DNA from: a bacterium
Lineage (GTDB): Bacteria > Patescibacteriota > Microgenomatia > Levybacterales > UBA12049
Direction of reading: 5' to 3'
Length of the DNA: 64,000 bases
NCBI GenBank assembly: GCA_021777565.1
Contig: JAJYDJ010000001.1
Location: 248,856-312,855 of the forward strand
Shown one piece after another: positions 28,909 to 38,667 of this stretch. The first letter of the stretch is position 1, and each line of letters begins with the position of its first letter. Under the pieces are notes generated by a model. The model had not been told where the DNA came from. It did no database searches and saw nothing but the letters and a program-made list of their open reading frames with translations. The position numbers and the translations under genes are program-made.

Positions 28909-29561
28909 TGCCTAACCAAACAACACTAAGAATTTTATTGTATAAATATCGGGATTTTCTGTTCCCGGTAGGAACTATTGTGGTGTGTTTACTCATCATG
29001 GTAGTTATCCTCATCCCAGAAGGAGTAAATATTGTGAATCAGGAGAATAATGTGCAAGTACTGCGAAATGATATTGCCTCTTTACAGACAAATCTTTCTG
29101 TCATTGAAAAATATGATACGTCTCAACTGCACCTTAATACGAGTCGTGTTAATCGTGCCGTACCAACCTCTAAGGATTTTGGTGTTGTCATCGATACGCT
29201 TCAGCGAGCTGCCAATGCATCAAATGTGGCCTTGAGTGACTACACATTTCAGGTGGGAGATTTGGCCGATACGAGGCCACAAGTAAAATCATCAACCAAT
29301 GCGAGCACATTTTTGGTCTCAGTGGTTCTGTTGGGTGATGCCAAATCTGTTGCGGCATTTTTACGTTCAGTCGAACATCAACTCCCTCTCGCTGATGTGA
29401 GTGACGTGAAAGGGACGATACAAAGTGCTGGTGTGACACTTTTGTTTTATTACCAACCTCAGACGAGTGTGACGGTACAGGCAACGGATAACTTCACCTC
29501 CCTCACTCCATCGGAACAGTCAACATTAAGTACTCTTGCCACCTACGACACGATAAAGTAG
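28905..29561 (+). CDS. pilO: Type IV pilus assembly protein PilO (bitopic)
   Basis: Single TM (VGTIVVCLLIMVVILI), coiled-coil, then C-terminal globular domain. Last gene of the pil run. Confidence 0.7.
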   Translation: MMPNQTTLRILLYKYRDFLFPVGTIVVCLLIMVVILIPEGVNIVNQENNVQVLRNDIASLQTNLSVIEKYDTSQLHLNTSRVNRAVPTSKDFGVVIDTLQRAANASNVALSDYTFQVGDLADTRPQVKSSTNASTFLVSVVLLGDAKSVAAFLRSVEHQLPLADVSDVKGTIQSAGVTLLFYYQPQTSVTVQATDNFTSLTPSEQSTLSTLATYDTIK

Positions 29562-30254
29562 TTATTTTTTTAGGAGGTCGGGGCGATGTGTCTGTGTTAG
29601 TTTTTTTGCTTCTTGCTCTCTCCATCTGGCTATCTCTTGATGATTGCCTGACACGAGTACTTCCGGGACAGATTCGCCTTCATATTCTCGTGGGTTCGTA
29701 TATTGGGGGAATTCAACCAGCTGTTCGCCACCTCCCTGGATAGCAAATGATTCGATGTCAGTCGCATCCTCTTTCAAAACTCCTGGGACAAGTCTCGCGA
29801 TAGCATCAACTATCAGCATTGTTGGGATTTCTCCGCCAGTCGTGACGAAATTGCCAATAGAAATAGTCTGATCGACATAGCCCCTGATACGCTCATCATA
29901 TCCTTCATAATGTCCACAAATGAAAATGAGGTGCTCATGAGTACTTAATCCTTTTGCTTTTTGTTGGACAAATGTTTCACCCCGTGGATCAAGCAGTATA
30001 ACAGTATGGGTGAGGTCTTTATGGTTTTCTTTTGCCTTTTCTATCGCTTGGTGCAGCACATCAACACGCATCACCATGCCTACTCCTCCACCATAAGGTC
30101 TATCATCGACCTCTTGGTGTCGACCAATACCAAAATCTCGAATACTGATATAGTCAATGGTTATTTTCTTGTCTTGGACGGCACGTTTAATGATAGAGTG
30201 GTCAAAAGGACCGGTGAACATGTCGGGAAATAGAGTAACAATGGAGATAACCAT
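29562..30254 (-). CDS. trmD: tRNA (guanine37-N1)-methyltransferase
   Basis: SPOUT-fold TrmD motifs (ISIVTLFPDMF, ILLDPRG, GHYEGYDERI). Its stop abuts the pilO stop (convergent). Confidence 0.9.
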   Translation of the reverse strand: MVISIVTLFPDMFTGPFDHSIIKRAVQDKKITIDYISIRDFGIGRHQEVDDRPYGGGVGMVMRVDVLHQAIEKAKENHKDLTHTVILLDPRGETFVQQKAKGLSTHEHLIFICGHYEGYDERIRGYVDQTISIGNFVTTGGEIPTMLIVDAIARLVPGVLKEDATDIESFAIQGGGEQLVEFPQYTNPREYEGESVPEVLVSGNHQEIARWREQEAKKLTQTHRPDLLKK

Positions 30255-30490
30255 TAGGCTTGATCTTTGACACGAATAAAGATTTTTTTATCTTCTTTCA
30301 TGGCAATGATCTTCATGACGTTTCGAATTGCGCGGATAACTTTTCCTTCTTTACCAATGACTTTTCCGGTATCTTCAGGATCAGTGTAGATAGTTAATTC
30401 ATCAATGTCGTTCACGCGCTCCATTTCAACGACTACTTTTTCTGGATGATCTACCAGTGAACTTACGATGAATGTTAATGCTTCTTTCAT
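30254..30490 (-). CDS. KH-domain RNA-binding protein (UPF0109/YlqC-like)
   Basis: 78 aa, GKVIGKEGKVIRAIR KH-type GXXG loop. Sits between rpsP and trmD as in many bacteria. Confidence 0.75.
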   Translation of the reverse strand: MKEALTFIVSSLVDHPEKVVVEMERVNDIDELTIYTDPEDTGKVIGKEGKVIRAIRNVMKIIAMKEDKKIFIRVKDQA

Positions 30491-30496
30491 AGGGTA

Positions 30497-30727
30497 TTAG
30501 AGACCAAGAACCTTTTTGGCAGTTGGTGTCATTTGTGCACCAACAGAAATCCAGTGTTTGACGCGCTCCATTTTGAAGACTTTGGTTTCTTGACCACCGA
30601 CGCGCTTTTCGTAGTGACCAAGATATTCTACCGCACTGCCATCTCGGCGATCACGGCGTTCTTTGACAACAAGACGATATTTACTCTCGCCTTTTTTGCC
30701 TGTTTTCATGAGTCGAATTACTAACAT
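30497..30727 (-). CDS. rpsP: 30S ribosomal protein S16
   Basis: MLVIRLMKTGKKGESKYRLVV matches the S16 N-terminus. Confidence 0.9.
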   Translation of the reverse strand: MLVIRLMKTGKKGESKYRLVVKERRDRRDGSAVEYLGHYEKRVGGQETKVFKMERVKHWISVGAQMTPTAKKVLGL

Positions 30728-30739
30728 AAGCCTATTTTA

Positions 30740-31402
30740 TCATTTTTCCTCAAGCTTCTCAAGGGCGAGCTTCGCTGCCTCTTCTTCAGCTTCTTGCTTG
30801 GATTTTCCACTCCCCGTCCCATATGCCACGTTGGCAACTTTTACTTCGATGGTGAAGGTACGCGCATGTGCTGGACCTTCTTCATTTATAACTTGATAGA
30901 CAGGAGATCCCTTCTTTTGTGCCTGTGTATACTCTTGAAGCAGACTCTTTGGGTCTTTAAATGACTTCTGAGCGACAATGTCTGGGATTTTCACGAGTAA
31001 GCTGTCACTGACGAACTGCTTGGTAACCTCTTCGCCACTATCGATAAAGAGTGCGCCAACAAATGCTTCAAAACAATCTGCCAAAAGACTCTGGTTTTTA
31101 TTGCCTCCTGCTTCCCTCTCACCTTTGGAAAGCTTTAATAAATCACCAAAACTTAATTCCTGAGACAGCTGGGCAAGACTTTTGGTGTTGACCAGAAGAG
31201 ATCGCAAGTTCGTGAGAACCCCCTCATCATATTGAGGGTACGTACGATAGAGATAATCAGAAACGAAAAACGAGAGGATACTATCCCCTAAGAACTCAAG
31301 TCGTTCGTTGGATTCTACATTGTCTGGTGCTTCATTCAGGTATGAGCGGTGAATAAAGGCCTGCTCGAACAATTTTGGATTTTTAAATGTTGGTAATGTC
31401 AT
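30740..31402 (-). CDS. rnc: Ribonuclease III
   Basis: ERLEFLGDSIL catalytic signature and C-terminal dsRBD. 220 aa. Confidence 0.9.
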   Translation of the reverse strand: MTLPTFKNPKLFEQAFIHRSYLNEAPDNVESNERLEFLGDSILSFFVSDYLYRTYPQYDEGVLTNLRSLLVNTKSLAQLSQELSFGDLLKLSKGEREAGGNKNQSLLADCFEAFVGALFIDSGEEVTKQFVSDSLLVKIPDIVAQKSFKDPKSLLQEYTQAQKKGSPVYQVINEEGPAHARTFTIEVKVANVAYGTGSGKSKQEAEEEAAKLALEKLEEK

Positions 31403-31426
31403 AGATGTATTATACCCACTCCTTTG

Positions 31427-31771
31427 CTATTTTTCTATTAACTTGCCTAGGGCCCCGTTAATGAAGGATGGAGAGGAATCTCCACCAAATTCTTTGGCGA
31501 GCTCAATAGCCTCATTGATACAGACTTTCGGTGGGACATTTTTAGCAATTTCCATCTCGTAGACCCCGAGGCGCAAAATGGCAAGGTCAACCTTATTGAT
31601 CTTATCAATGGGATATTCAGGGGCGATGCGGGCAATTGTCCCGTCAATCTCCTCTAAATGCTCGATAACATGCTTAGTGTCTTCGTGGGTTGGTTGTTCA
31701 TGAAAGGAGATACTGAAAAGTTCTTGGACAATTTCTTGGCGCTTAACGTGCCGTGGATCTAAAGTACTCAT
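31427..31771 (-). CDS. nusB: Transcription antitermination factor NusB
   Basis: MSTLDPRHVKRQEIVQELF... all-alpha NusB fold. Start chosen 4 nt inside the rpmF stop; ORF-track alternative is 31837. Confidence 0.75.
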   Translation of the reverse strand: MSTLDPRHVKRQEIVQELFSISFHEQPTHEDTKHVIEHLEEIDGTIARIAPEYPIDKINKVDLAILRLGVYEMEIAKNVPPKVCINEAIELAKEFGGDSSPSFINGALGKLIEK

Positions 31772-31974
31772 GCTACACGCTTGACAGTGGTCTTTTGCTT
31801 TTTGGCAATCACTGGTTTCCCTTTGTAGTAGCCGCAAACAGCACAGACGGTGTGTGGCTTTGCTGGTGCTCCACAGTTACTGCAGATAATCGCTTTTGGA
31901 GCACTGAGCTTGATGGCAGCTCTGCGCTGTCCTTTACGCTCAGTTGAATGACGTCGTTTTGGTTCGTGTGCCAT
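31768..31974 (-). CDS. rpmF: 50S ribosomal protein L32
   Basis: MAHEPKRRHSTERKGQRRAA...CSNCGAPAKPHTVCAVCGYYKG matches L32 with a zinc ribbon. The ORF-track start at 32010 adds a non-native extension. Confidence 0.85.
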   Translation of the reverse strand: MAHEPKRRHSTERKGQRRAAIKLSAPKAIICSNCGAPAKPHTVCAVCGYYKGKPVIAKKQKTTVKRVA

Positions 31975-32022
31975 GCGGATAGTATAGCAGAAACCCTGTG
32001 TGTGCGACAAGAGTGTTCTCTT

Positions 32023-34053
32023 CTAGTCAGGGTTGATAGCTTTGGAGGCACTGTCTTCAACCTTTTTCTTCAATTCTGGATACTTCTCCAAATCTGGATA
32101 GAGTTTCTCAGCCACAGTTTTGGCTCTCTCAATAAGGGCGATATCTGAGAAAGAAGCAACTTTGAGGATATTGTGCCCGGATTGGGCAGTTCCATAGATG
32201 TCTCCCCCACCTCGTATTTCCAAATCCAATTCTGCCAGTCGTGGGCCAGAATGAATACTCTCAAGTGCTCTCAGTCTCTCGCGAGTAGCCTGACTGTCTG
32301 ATTCTGTGAAAAGAAGACAGTATGACTTCTTCTCGCCTCGTCCGACACGGCCTCTGAGCTGATGAAGCTGAGCGAGCCCAAATCTGTCGGCAGCCTCAAC
32401 AAGCATGATCGTCGCATTAGGGATATCGATACCAACTTCAACCACTGGTGTGGCTACCAAGATATCAAATTTCCTCGCGCGAAAGTCCAAAAGAATTTGT
32501 TCTTTTTCTTTAGATTTCATCCTTCCATGCAGGAGTCCCAGGCGTGCGGAGGTGAAAATTTTCTTTAATTTTTCATATTCTTCAGTTACCGCCTTTACAG
32601 TCGTCATAGACTCTGATGGCTCAATAAAGGGACAAATGACAAAGGCTTGATCCCCTGATTCCTGTATTTGCTTCTGAATCCAGGTATAGGAACTGTCTCT
32701 CTTACTATTTGGTACTAGCCACGTTTTAATTTCTTGTCTATTCAGTGGCATCTCGTCAATCACGGACAAGTCCAGATCGCCATAAACAGTCAAAGCAACC
32801 GTACGTGGGATTGGTGTGGCAGTCATGGAGAGAAGATGTGGGTTGATGCCTTTACTTTTTAATTTTCCTCGCTGCTCTACTCCGAAGCGTTGTTGCTCAT
32901 CAATAACGATAAAGCCAAGACGATCAAAGTCTACTCCGTCAGTCAGGATGGCATGGGTTCCGATAAGAATATCTGGCTTTTCTGATGTCTTTTTCAATCC
33001 TTTGACACTGCCTGTTTGCAAAACCACGTGAAGACCAAGAGGAGATAAAAGTCGAGAGATAGTTTCAAAATGTTGTTGAGCCAAAATTTCTGTTGGCGCC
33101 ATGAGCGCGGATTGGTATCCGTTGAGATAGGCCAGATACATGATGATGGCAGCAACGACTGTTTTCCCACTCCCTACATCTCCCAAAAGTAAACGGTTCA
33201 TCGGTGTATTTGTGTGCACATCTCGCAGGATCTCATGAATGACTCTCATTTGTGCGTTGGTGAGCGTAAATGGCAGGCTGTTCCAGAGTGCTTCAAGTTT
33301 AGCTTGATGCATATCAACATCCATCACAGGAGCCTGCTTTTGCGCTTTCCATTCACTCTTTCTCTTCTCAGCTCCCATCTCCAAAAGGAGCATTTCATCA
33401 AAGGCGAGACGGTCACGCGCTTTTTGTGCCTCCTCTAGTGTCGTTGGAAAATGAAGGTGGTTGAGTGCTTCTGGCAAATCCTCCATCTTGAGATCTGTGA
33501 GGAGTGATGATGGCAGGTATTCATTAATTTCACTTTTATAACTGGTCATAGTGGTATAGATTTGGCGTCTGAGCCATTTGGAACTGACTCCTTTAGTCTC
33601 AGGATAGATAGGGACCAGCCTTCCCGTGTGTAGTAGTGGTGTGTTGGGACTGATGACTTCATAGTCTGGGGAAATCATTTTTCTGGGGAATCCGATTTCT
33701 TCGATACGCCCTGAGAGTGCTACTTGTGATCCTGCGATGATGGTTTTGGTGATAAATGGCTGGTTAAACCACATGACATGCACTTCTCCTGTGTCATCGC
33801 TGATAACTGCCTGCTGGAGTTGTTTACGTGATCTGGTGAATGTATTCTTTATCTGTTTGACCATCCCCTGGATCGTGACATCCTCACCAGGTTTGGCATC
33901 TTTGATAGTTACTACCTGAGAATGGTCTTCATAGCGACTTGGCACATGATAGAGAAAATCCTCAAGTGTCGCGATATTGAGATTAGCTAGCCTGGATGCA
34001 TACATTTTCATGCTACGTCCGGCATCGGTGACAGGTGATGTGAGTGTGAGCAT
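32023..34053 (-). CDS. recG: ATP-dependent DNA helicase RecG
   Basis: N-terminal wedge/OB region, helicase motif I LLGDVGSGKT, motif II VIDEQQRFG, and motif VI QLRGRVGRG. 676 aa. Confidence 0.9.
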   Translation of the reverse strand: MLTLTSPVTDAGRSMKMYASRLANLNIATLEDFLYHVPSRYEDHSQVVTIKDAKPGEDVTIQGMVKQIKNTFTRSRKQLQQAVISDDTGEVHVMWFNQPFITKTIIAGSQVALSGRIEEIGFPRKMISPDYEVISPNTPLLHTGRLVPIYPETKGVSSKWLRRQIYTTMTSYKSEINEYLPSSLLTDLKMEDLPEALNHLHFPTTLEEAQKARDRLAFDEMLLLEMGAEKRKSEWKAQKQAPVMDVDMHQAKLEALWNSLPFTLTNAQMRVIHEILRDVHTNTPMNRLLLGDVGSGKTVVAAIIMYLAYLNGYQSALMAPTEILAQQHFETISRLLSPLGLHVVLQTGSVKGLKKTSEKPDILIGTHAILTDGVDFDRLGFIVIDEQQRFGVEQRGKLKSKGINPHLLSMTATPIPRTVALTVYGDLDLSVIDEMPLNRQEIKTWLVPNSKRDSSYTWIQKQIQESGDQAFVICPFIEPSESMTTVKAVTEEYEKLKKIFTSARLGLLHGRMKSKEKEQILLDFRARKFDILVATPVVEVGIDIPNATIMLVEAADRFGLAQLHQLRGRVGRGEKKSYCLLFTESDSQATRERLRALESIHSGPRLAELDLEIRGGGDIYGTAQSGHNILKVASFSDIALIERAKTVAEKLYPDLEKYPELKKKVEDSASKAINPD

Positions 34054-34183
34054 TGGTTGTATTGTACCACAGAGAAACTATCTCACAGGAATAAATGGCA
34101 ACACAGAAGTGGCAATAAGTGCCAGACTAGAGACAATGACGATGGCTTTCCATAGCCATTGATGTTTCTTAAATTGATGCATA

Positions 34184-35377
34184 TTATTTCTTGCTAACTT
34201 TTACAAAATTTCTTTTGCCGACCTTTACCAGGACGCTGTCAGTAAGAGTAGTCTCGCCATTCACATCAGTAATGCGATCGTTATCAATCTCGACTCCCCC
34301 CTGTTCGATAAGACGCTTTGCCTCTCCCCGACTCCCTGCGAGGTTGGTCTCTACCAACAGATCCACATAACTGATGAGTCCATCATCGGTGGTTATAGCC
34401 ACCTCAGGAATGTCAGTTGGTAATTCTTTTTTTTGTACGGTCTGCTCGAAATGTGCTGCAGCAGTCTGTGCACTCTCGCTATCATGCAGTTCAGTGACTA
34501 TATATGCGGCCACATCCTTTTTGACAGTCATTGGATTCTCTCCACTATCCAGCCGCTTCTTGAGTTCATTAATTTGTGAAAGTGGCATATTTGATCCAAG
34601 CGTTGCATACTCGATGATGAGATCATCATTCATGGCCATGAGTTTACCATACATACTGTTAGGCTCTTCATCAAGCCAGACACCATTGCCCCAGGATTTA
34701 CTCATCTTTCTCCCATCAGTGCCCGAAAGGAATGGATTGGTCATGACAAAGGATTCTTTATCACGAAGTTTACGCTGCAAAATTCTCCCCGCTTGCATGT
34801 TAAAGGTCTGATCAGTTCCACCAAGCTGGATATCAGTATCCATCACGTAGCTGTCGTATCCTTGCATGAGTGGATAGAGTGTCTCGTCTAGTCTGATATG
34901 TTTACCCTCTTTCAGTCTCTTGGCGATGAGTTCACGACTAATAAAGTCATTGAGTGAAAATTGTTGGGTGAGTTTAATAATTTCAGCAAAGGTGAGTTTT
35001 TTGAGCCAGTCGCTATTGTGCACAATGGTAACTTTGGAGAAATCCAAAATCTTCTCTGCTTGTTTTTGATAATCTTTAAAATTTGCTTCGATCTCTTCAG
35101 AAGTTAGGATTGGTCTTTCTGATTCTTTGTCTGAAGTATCACCCACAAGTGCGGTAAAGTCCCCGATCAGAAATGTGACCTTGTGACCTAATTCTAAGAA
35201 CTTTTGCAATTTTCTCAGCGGTACAGCATTGCCAAGATGCAGATGAGTGGCAGTTGGATCGGCACCAATATATATGTTGAGTTTTTTGCCAGAGAGTAAC
35301 AGCTCCTCTAATTCTTTCTTGCCAGGAATGATATTGGCAACACCGCGGGTAAGGATTTCTTCAATTTGTTCTTGCAT
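34184..35377 (-). CDS. tyrS: Tyrosine--tRNA ligase
   Basis: HIGH-class motif (HLHLGN), KMSKS present (KMSKSWGN), and C-terminal S4-like domain. Confidence 0.85.
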   Translation of the reverse strand: MQEQIEEILTRGVANIIPGKKELEELLLSGKKLNIYIGADPTATHLHLGNAVPLRKLQKFLELGHKVTFLIGDFTALVGDTSDKESERPILTSEEIEANFKDYQKQAEKILDFSKVTIVHNSDWLKKLTFAEIIKLTQQFSLNDFISRELIAKRLKEGKHIRLDETLYPLMQGYDSYVMDTDIQLGGTDQTFNMQAGRILQRKLRDKESFVMTNPFLSGTDGRKMSKSWGNGVWLDEEPNSMYGKLMAMNDDLIIEYATLGSNMPLSQINELKKRLDSGENPMTVKKDVAAYIVTELHDSESAQTAAAHFEQTVQKKELPTDIPEVAITTDDGLISYVDLLVETNLAGSRGEAKRLIEQGGVEIDNDRITDVNGETTLTDSVLVKVGKRNFVKVSKK

Positions 35378-35398
35378 ACACCAAGTATACCAACTTGT

Positions 35399-35956
35399 TT
35401 ACGCTTTTTCGAGAGGATTTTTGCGCGCGAGTGCATAAAAAGTCGTTATATTGTCCTGATGATCCTCAATGTCTTCAATGAGAATGGGAATATGATACTC
35501 TTCTGCTGCCTCGCGGGATGCGATATAGCCAGTCTGTGGCTCAATATGCTGGAGCGCCTCCGTACAACTGCGTGCACTGATACAACGAGCGTGAGGCAGG
35601 TGTTTTGCAATCCATTTCTCACATTGAGCAAAAATATGTGCATGGGAATAGAGCATGTGGATGTCTGACAGACGCTCCTCAGTGGAAAGGAGCATGTGGT
35701 GAATTGGCAGATCGACTGTCTGGATAACTTCCAGGTCAGGATGCATTGCCAGATCAAGATGGTGCTGCATAGTACCAGCAATAGAGTTGTGTATGGGTAC
35801 GATAGCTATATCAACTGATTCATGCCTGAGTCCATCAATGAGATCATCGACCGTTTCATACGGTTTGAGAAGGGTATGCGGATATAACTTCTGTGCACAC
35901 AGATCAGAGTAGGTCCCCACTGGTCCTAAGAATCCAACAGTATGTTCTCGTTTCAT
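35399..35956 (-). CDS. pheA: Prephenate dehydratase catalytic (PDT) domain protein without ACT domain
   Basis: VGFLGPVGTYSD...HNSIAGTM... PDT-domain pattern. About 185 aa with no regulatory ACT domain. Start assumed at MKREHTV. Confidence 0.6.
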   Translation of the reverse strand: MKREHTVGFLGPVGTYSDLCAQKLYPHTLLKPYETVDDLIDGLRHESVDIAIVPIHNSIAGTMQHHLDLAMHPDLEVIQTVDLPIHHMLLSTEERLSDIHMLYSHAHIFAQCEKWIAKHLPHARCISARSCTEALQHIEPQTGYIASREAAEEYHIPILIEDIEDHQDNITTFYALARKNPLEKA

Positions 35957-36138
35957 AAAAAAGCCTCCGGGTTGGGGAGGCAGAACGAGTGTCGTATGCC
36001 TCCTCTTTACGAGGTAGGAATAAGGACACACTTGCTCAATTGTTTACTCATACTATGAGTGTAACACAGTTGCATTTGTCTCACAATGACATGAGTGTTA
36101 GATTTGCAATCTTTTTTCCTGCCCGATACAATAAGGCT

Positions 36139-38397
36139 ATGCTGCAAAGCAGAAGGCGATCACTCTCAAGCTCAAAAGTATTTATCTGGAGCAAGATCAG
36201 TTCAATAATCCTGTTTGGGACAATAGGTCTGGTGCTTGTTACCGTGTTTCTCTTCATCTGGTATGGCAAGGATTTACCAGCTCCTGGTAAGCTCATCGAT
36301 GTACAACAGTCCCAATCCACCAGAATTTATGATCGCAACGGCATTCTTCTCTATTCGGTCTATAAAGACACCAATCGTGTATATGTGAAACTTCCTAACA
36401 TCCCGAAATACTTACAGGAAGCAACCGTAGCAACAGAAGACAAAAATTTTTATACCAATGGGTCGTTTCCTATCATGGGGTATTTGCGTGCATTTCGTGA
36501 TATTCTTCTCTTTCGTGGGGTGACTGGTGGATCAGGTATCCCCCAGCAGCTGGTGCGTAACACCCTTATCTCGAATGAGCGCACGATTACTCGTAAAATT
36601 AAAGAGTTGATTCTCTCAATTCAGATTAATAAGGTCTACACCAAAGACCAGATTCTGGAAATGTATCTCAATGATGTCCCGTATGGGGGTAATAATAGTG
36701 GTGTTGAGGCGGCGGCTGAAACTTATTTTGGTAAGCATGTGAACGAATTGGATTTGGCAGAGTGTGCATTTTTGGCTGGTCTGCCACAAAGTCCGACAAC
36801 CTACTCGCCATTTAGTGGAAATAAATATTACATCGACCGTACCCAAGGGGTCTTAAGCAGTATGGTTGCCGGGAATTACATCACTCAAAAACAAGCTGAT
36901 GATGCGCTCGCTGAGATCAAAGCATACAATTTCTCTCAGCAAGATACCTCTATTAAAGCACCACATTTTGTGATGTATGTAAAAAATCTTGCGGTAAAAC
37001 AATTTGGTGAAGATCGTGTCCAAAATGGCGGACTGCAGATTTACACCACTCTTGATTACAACATTCAAAAGCAGGCAGAACAGATTGTTAGCAGTGAACT
37101 TGATAAGATCAAAAACTATAACGTAACCAATGGCGCTGCTATGGTTGAGGATCCGCGAACAGGTGAAATCCTTGCAATGGTAGGCTCGAAAGATTATTTT
37201 GATACTGCCAATGATGGGAATTTTAACGTTGCCACCATGGCACAAAGACAACCTGGTTCATCCATGAAACCAATTGCCTATGCGGTAGCTTTCCAGAAAG
37301 GATACACGCCAGCATCTATGTTCATGGATGTGAAGACAGACTTCACCACTGGTCAGCCCGGTGAGCCAGATTATATTCCAGTCAACTATGACCAGAAGGA
37401 TCATGGTCCGATGCAACTGCGTTTTGCACTGGGTAACTCAGATAACGTCATCGCAGTAAAACTTCTTGCCAAGATTGGGATTAAAGATGTGATGCAACAG
37501 GCGTATGACATGGGTGTGACGAGCTGGGAGCCTACGCCACAGAATATGCAGGATGTCGGACTTTCACTGGTTCTTGGTGGACGATATGTTCACATGATTG
37601 ATGAGATGACAGCGTACGGCGTCTTCGCAACCGGTGGATATAAGTATGATCCCGTGGCGATCACGAGCGTGAAAGATGGCAATGGCAATACGATTTACAC
37701 GGCTCCTCACCAGCAAGGAACTAAAGTTCTTGGTGCAGATGTGGCATTCTTAATCTCACACATCCTCTCTGACAATAACGCTCGTGCAGCAGAATTTGGA
37801 CTAAATTCATACTTGGTCGTCCCAGGGAGAACCGTCGCGGTTAAGACCGGTACCACTGATGATAAACGCGACAACTGGGCATACGGATACACACCATCCT
37901 ATGTGGTCGGCGTATGGGTTGGAAATAATGATAATTCACCAATGAATCAGGCTATCGCCTCTGGAGAAACTGGTGCCTCTCCTATCTGGCAGAAACTCAT
38001 GATGGCAGTACTCAAAGGCAAGCCATCTGAAGATTTCAAAGTGCCAGATAATGTGACTGCCTTGATGGTAGATAGTGTGGGTGGAGGTCTGCCAAGTGAT
38101 GGCAAGCCAACTCGTTCAGAATACTTTATCAAAGGCACTGAACCTACCGCGCCATCAGCGATTTATCAAAAGCTAAAACTTTCTAACCATCAACAAGGCA
38201 AACTGGCCAATGCGGACGAAATTTCACATGGGGACTTTAGTACGAAAGACTTTATTGTGTATCAAGAATCAGATCCAGTAAGTACGGATGGCAAGAATCG
38301 TTGGCAGGATGGGATAAATGACTGGATTCACAAGACCTATTCTGCGGCCAATCCAGAATATTTCCCACCAACAGAAACCTCAGACTATAAGTACTAA
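36139..38397 (+). CDS. Class A penicillin-binding protein (bifunctional glycosyltransferase GT51/transpeptidase, PBP1A-like)
   Basis: N-terminal TM anchor. GT51 motifs (ATVATEDKNFY, RKIKELILSIQ, YLNDVPYGGN), transpeptidase SxxK (PGSSMKP), SxN and KTGT motifs. Start chosen at MLQSRRRS (36139) so as not to overlap pheA. Confidence 0.85.
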   Translation: MLQSRRRSLSSSKVFIWSKISSIILFGTIGLVLVTVFLFIWYGKDLPAPGKLIDVQQSQSTRIYDRNGILLYSVYKDTNRVYVKLPNIPKYLQEATVATEDKNFYTNGSFPIMGYLRAFRDILLFRGVTGGSGIPQQLVRNTLISNERTITRKIKELILSIQINKVYTKDQILEMYLNDVPYGGNNSGVEAAAETYFGKHVNELDLAECAFLAGLPQSPTTYSPFSGNKYYIDRTQGVLSSMVAGNYITQKQADDALAEIKAYNFSQQDTSIKAPHFVMYVKNLAVKQFGEDRVQNGGLQIYTTLDYNIQKQAEQIVSSELDKIKNYNVTNGAAMVEDPRTGEILAMVGSKDYFDTANDGNFNVATMAQRQPGSSMKPIAYAVAFQKGYTPASMFMDVKTDFTTGQPGEPDYIPVNYDQKDHGPMQLRFALGNSDNVIAVKLLAKIGIKDVMQQAYDMGVTSWEPTPQNMQDVGLSLVLGGRYVHMIDEMTAYGVFATGGYKYDPVAITSVKDGNGNTIYTAPHQQGTKVLGADVAFLISHILSDNNARAAEFGLNSYLVVPGRTVAVKTGTTDDKRDNWAYGYTPSYVVGVWVGNNDNSPMNQAIASGETGASPIWQKLMMAVLKGKPSEDFKVPDNVTALMVDSVGGGLPSDGKPTRSEYFIKGTEPTAPSAIYQKLKLSNHQQGKLANADEISHGDFSTKDFIVYQESDPVSTDGKNRWQDGINDWIHKTYSAANPEYFPPTETSDYKY

Positions 38398-38667
38398 TTA
38401 CTTATTATGGATGTAGGTACTCCAGAGCCTTTTGAAGAATGGAAGAGAAAGAGTTGAAAGAAAGAACCCAATAGTGGGCACGATTGCATTAATCCAAGGA
38501 TTTACACGTAGTACAAAAGCAAAATAAATCGCAAGCATGACATAGGTTGTTATAAGGATTGCGATCTTTCTTGACCAACTTGTCTCCCATGCTTTATCCT
38601 GCTCTACTCGTTTATTTCTCTGTTCGATTGCATGTACTCGTTTCTCAAGGTCTTCAATATTACTCAT
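38398..38667 (-). CDS. Hypothetical small membrane protein (coiled-coil N-terminus plus 2 TM)
   Basis: 89-aa ORF with N-terminal LEKRVHAIEQRNKRVEQ and two hydrophobic helices. Confidence 0.4.
   Translation of the reverse strand: MSNIEDLEKRVHAIEQRNKRVEQDKAWETSWSRKIAILITTYVMLAIYFAFVLRVNPWINAIVPTIGFFLSTLSLPFFKRLWSTYIHNK

Noticed and set aside
35446-35781. ORF 35446..35781 (-), 111 aa, inside the prephenate dehydratase region
   Set aside because: It is in a different frame on the same strand as the PDT-domain ORF that carries the recognisable motifs.
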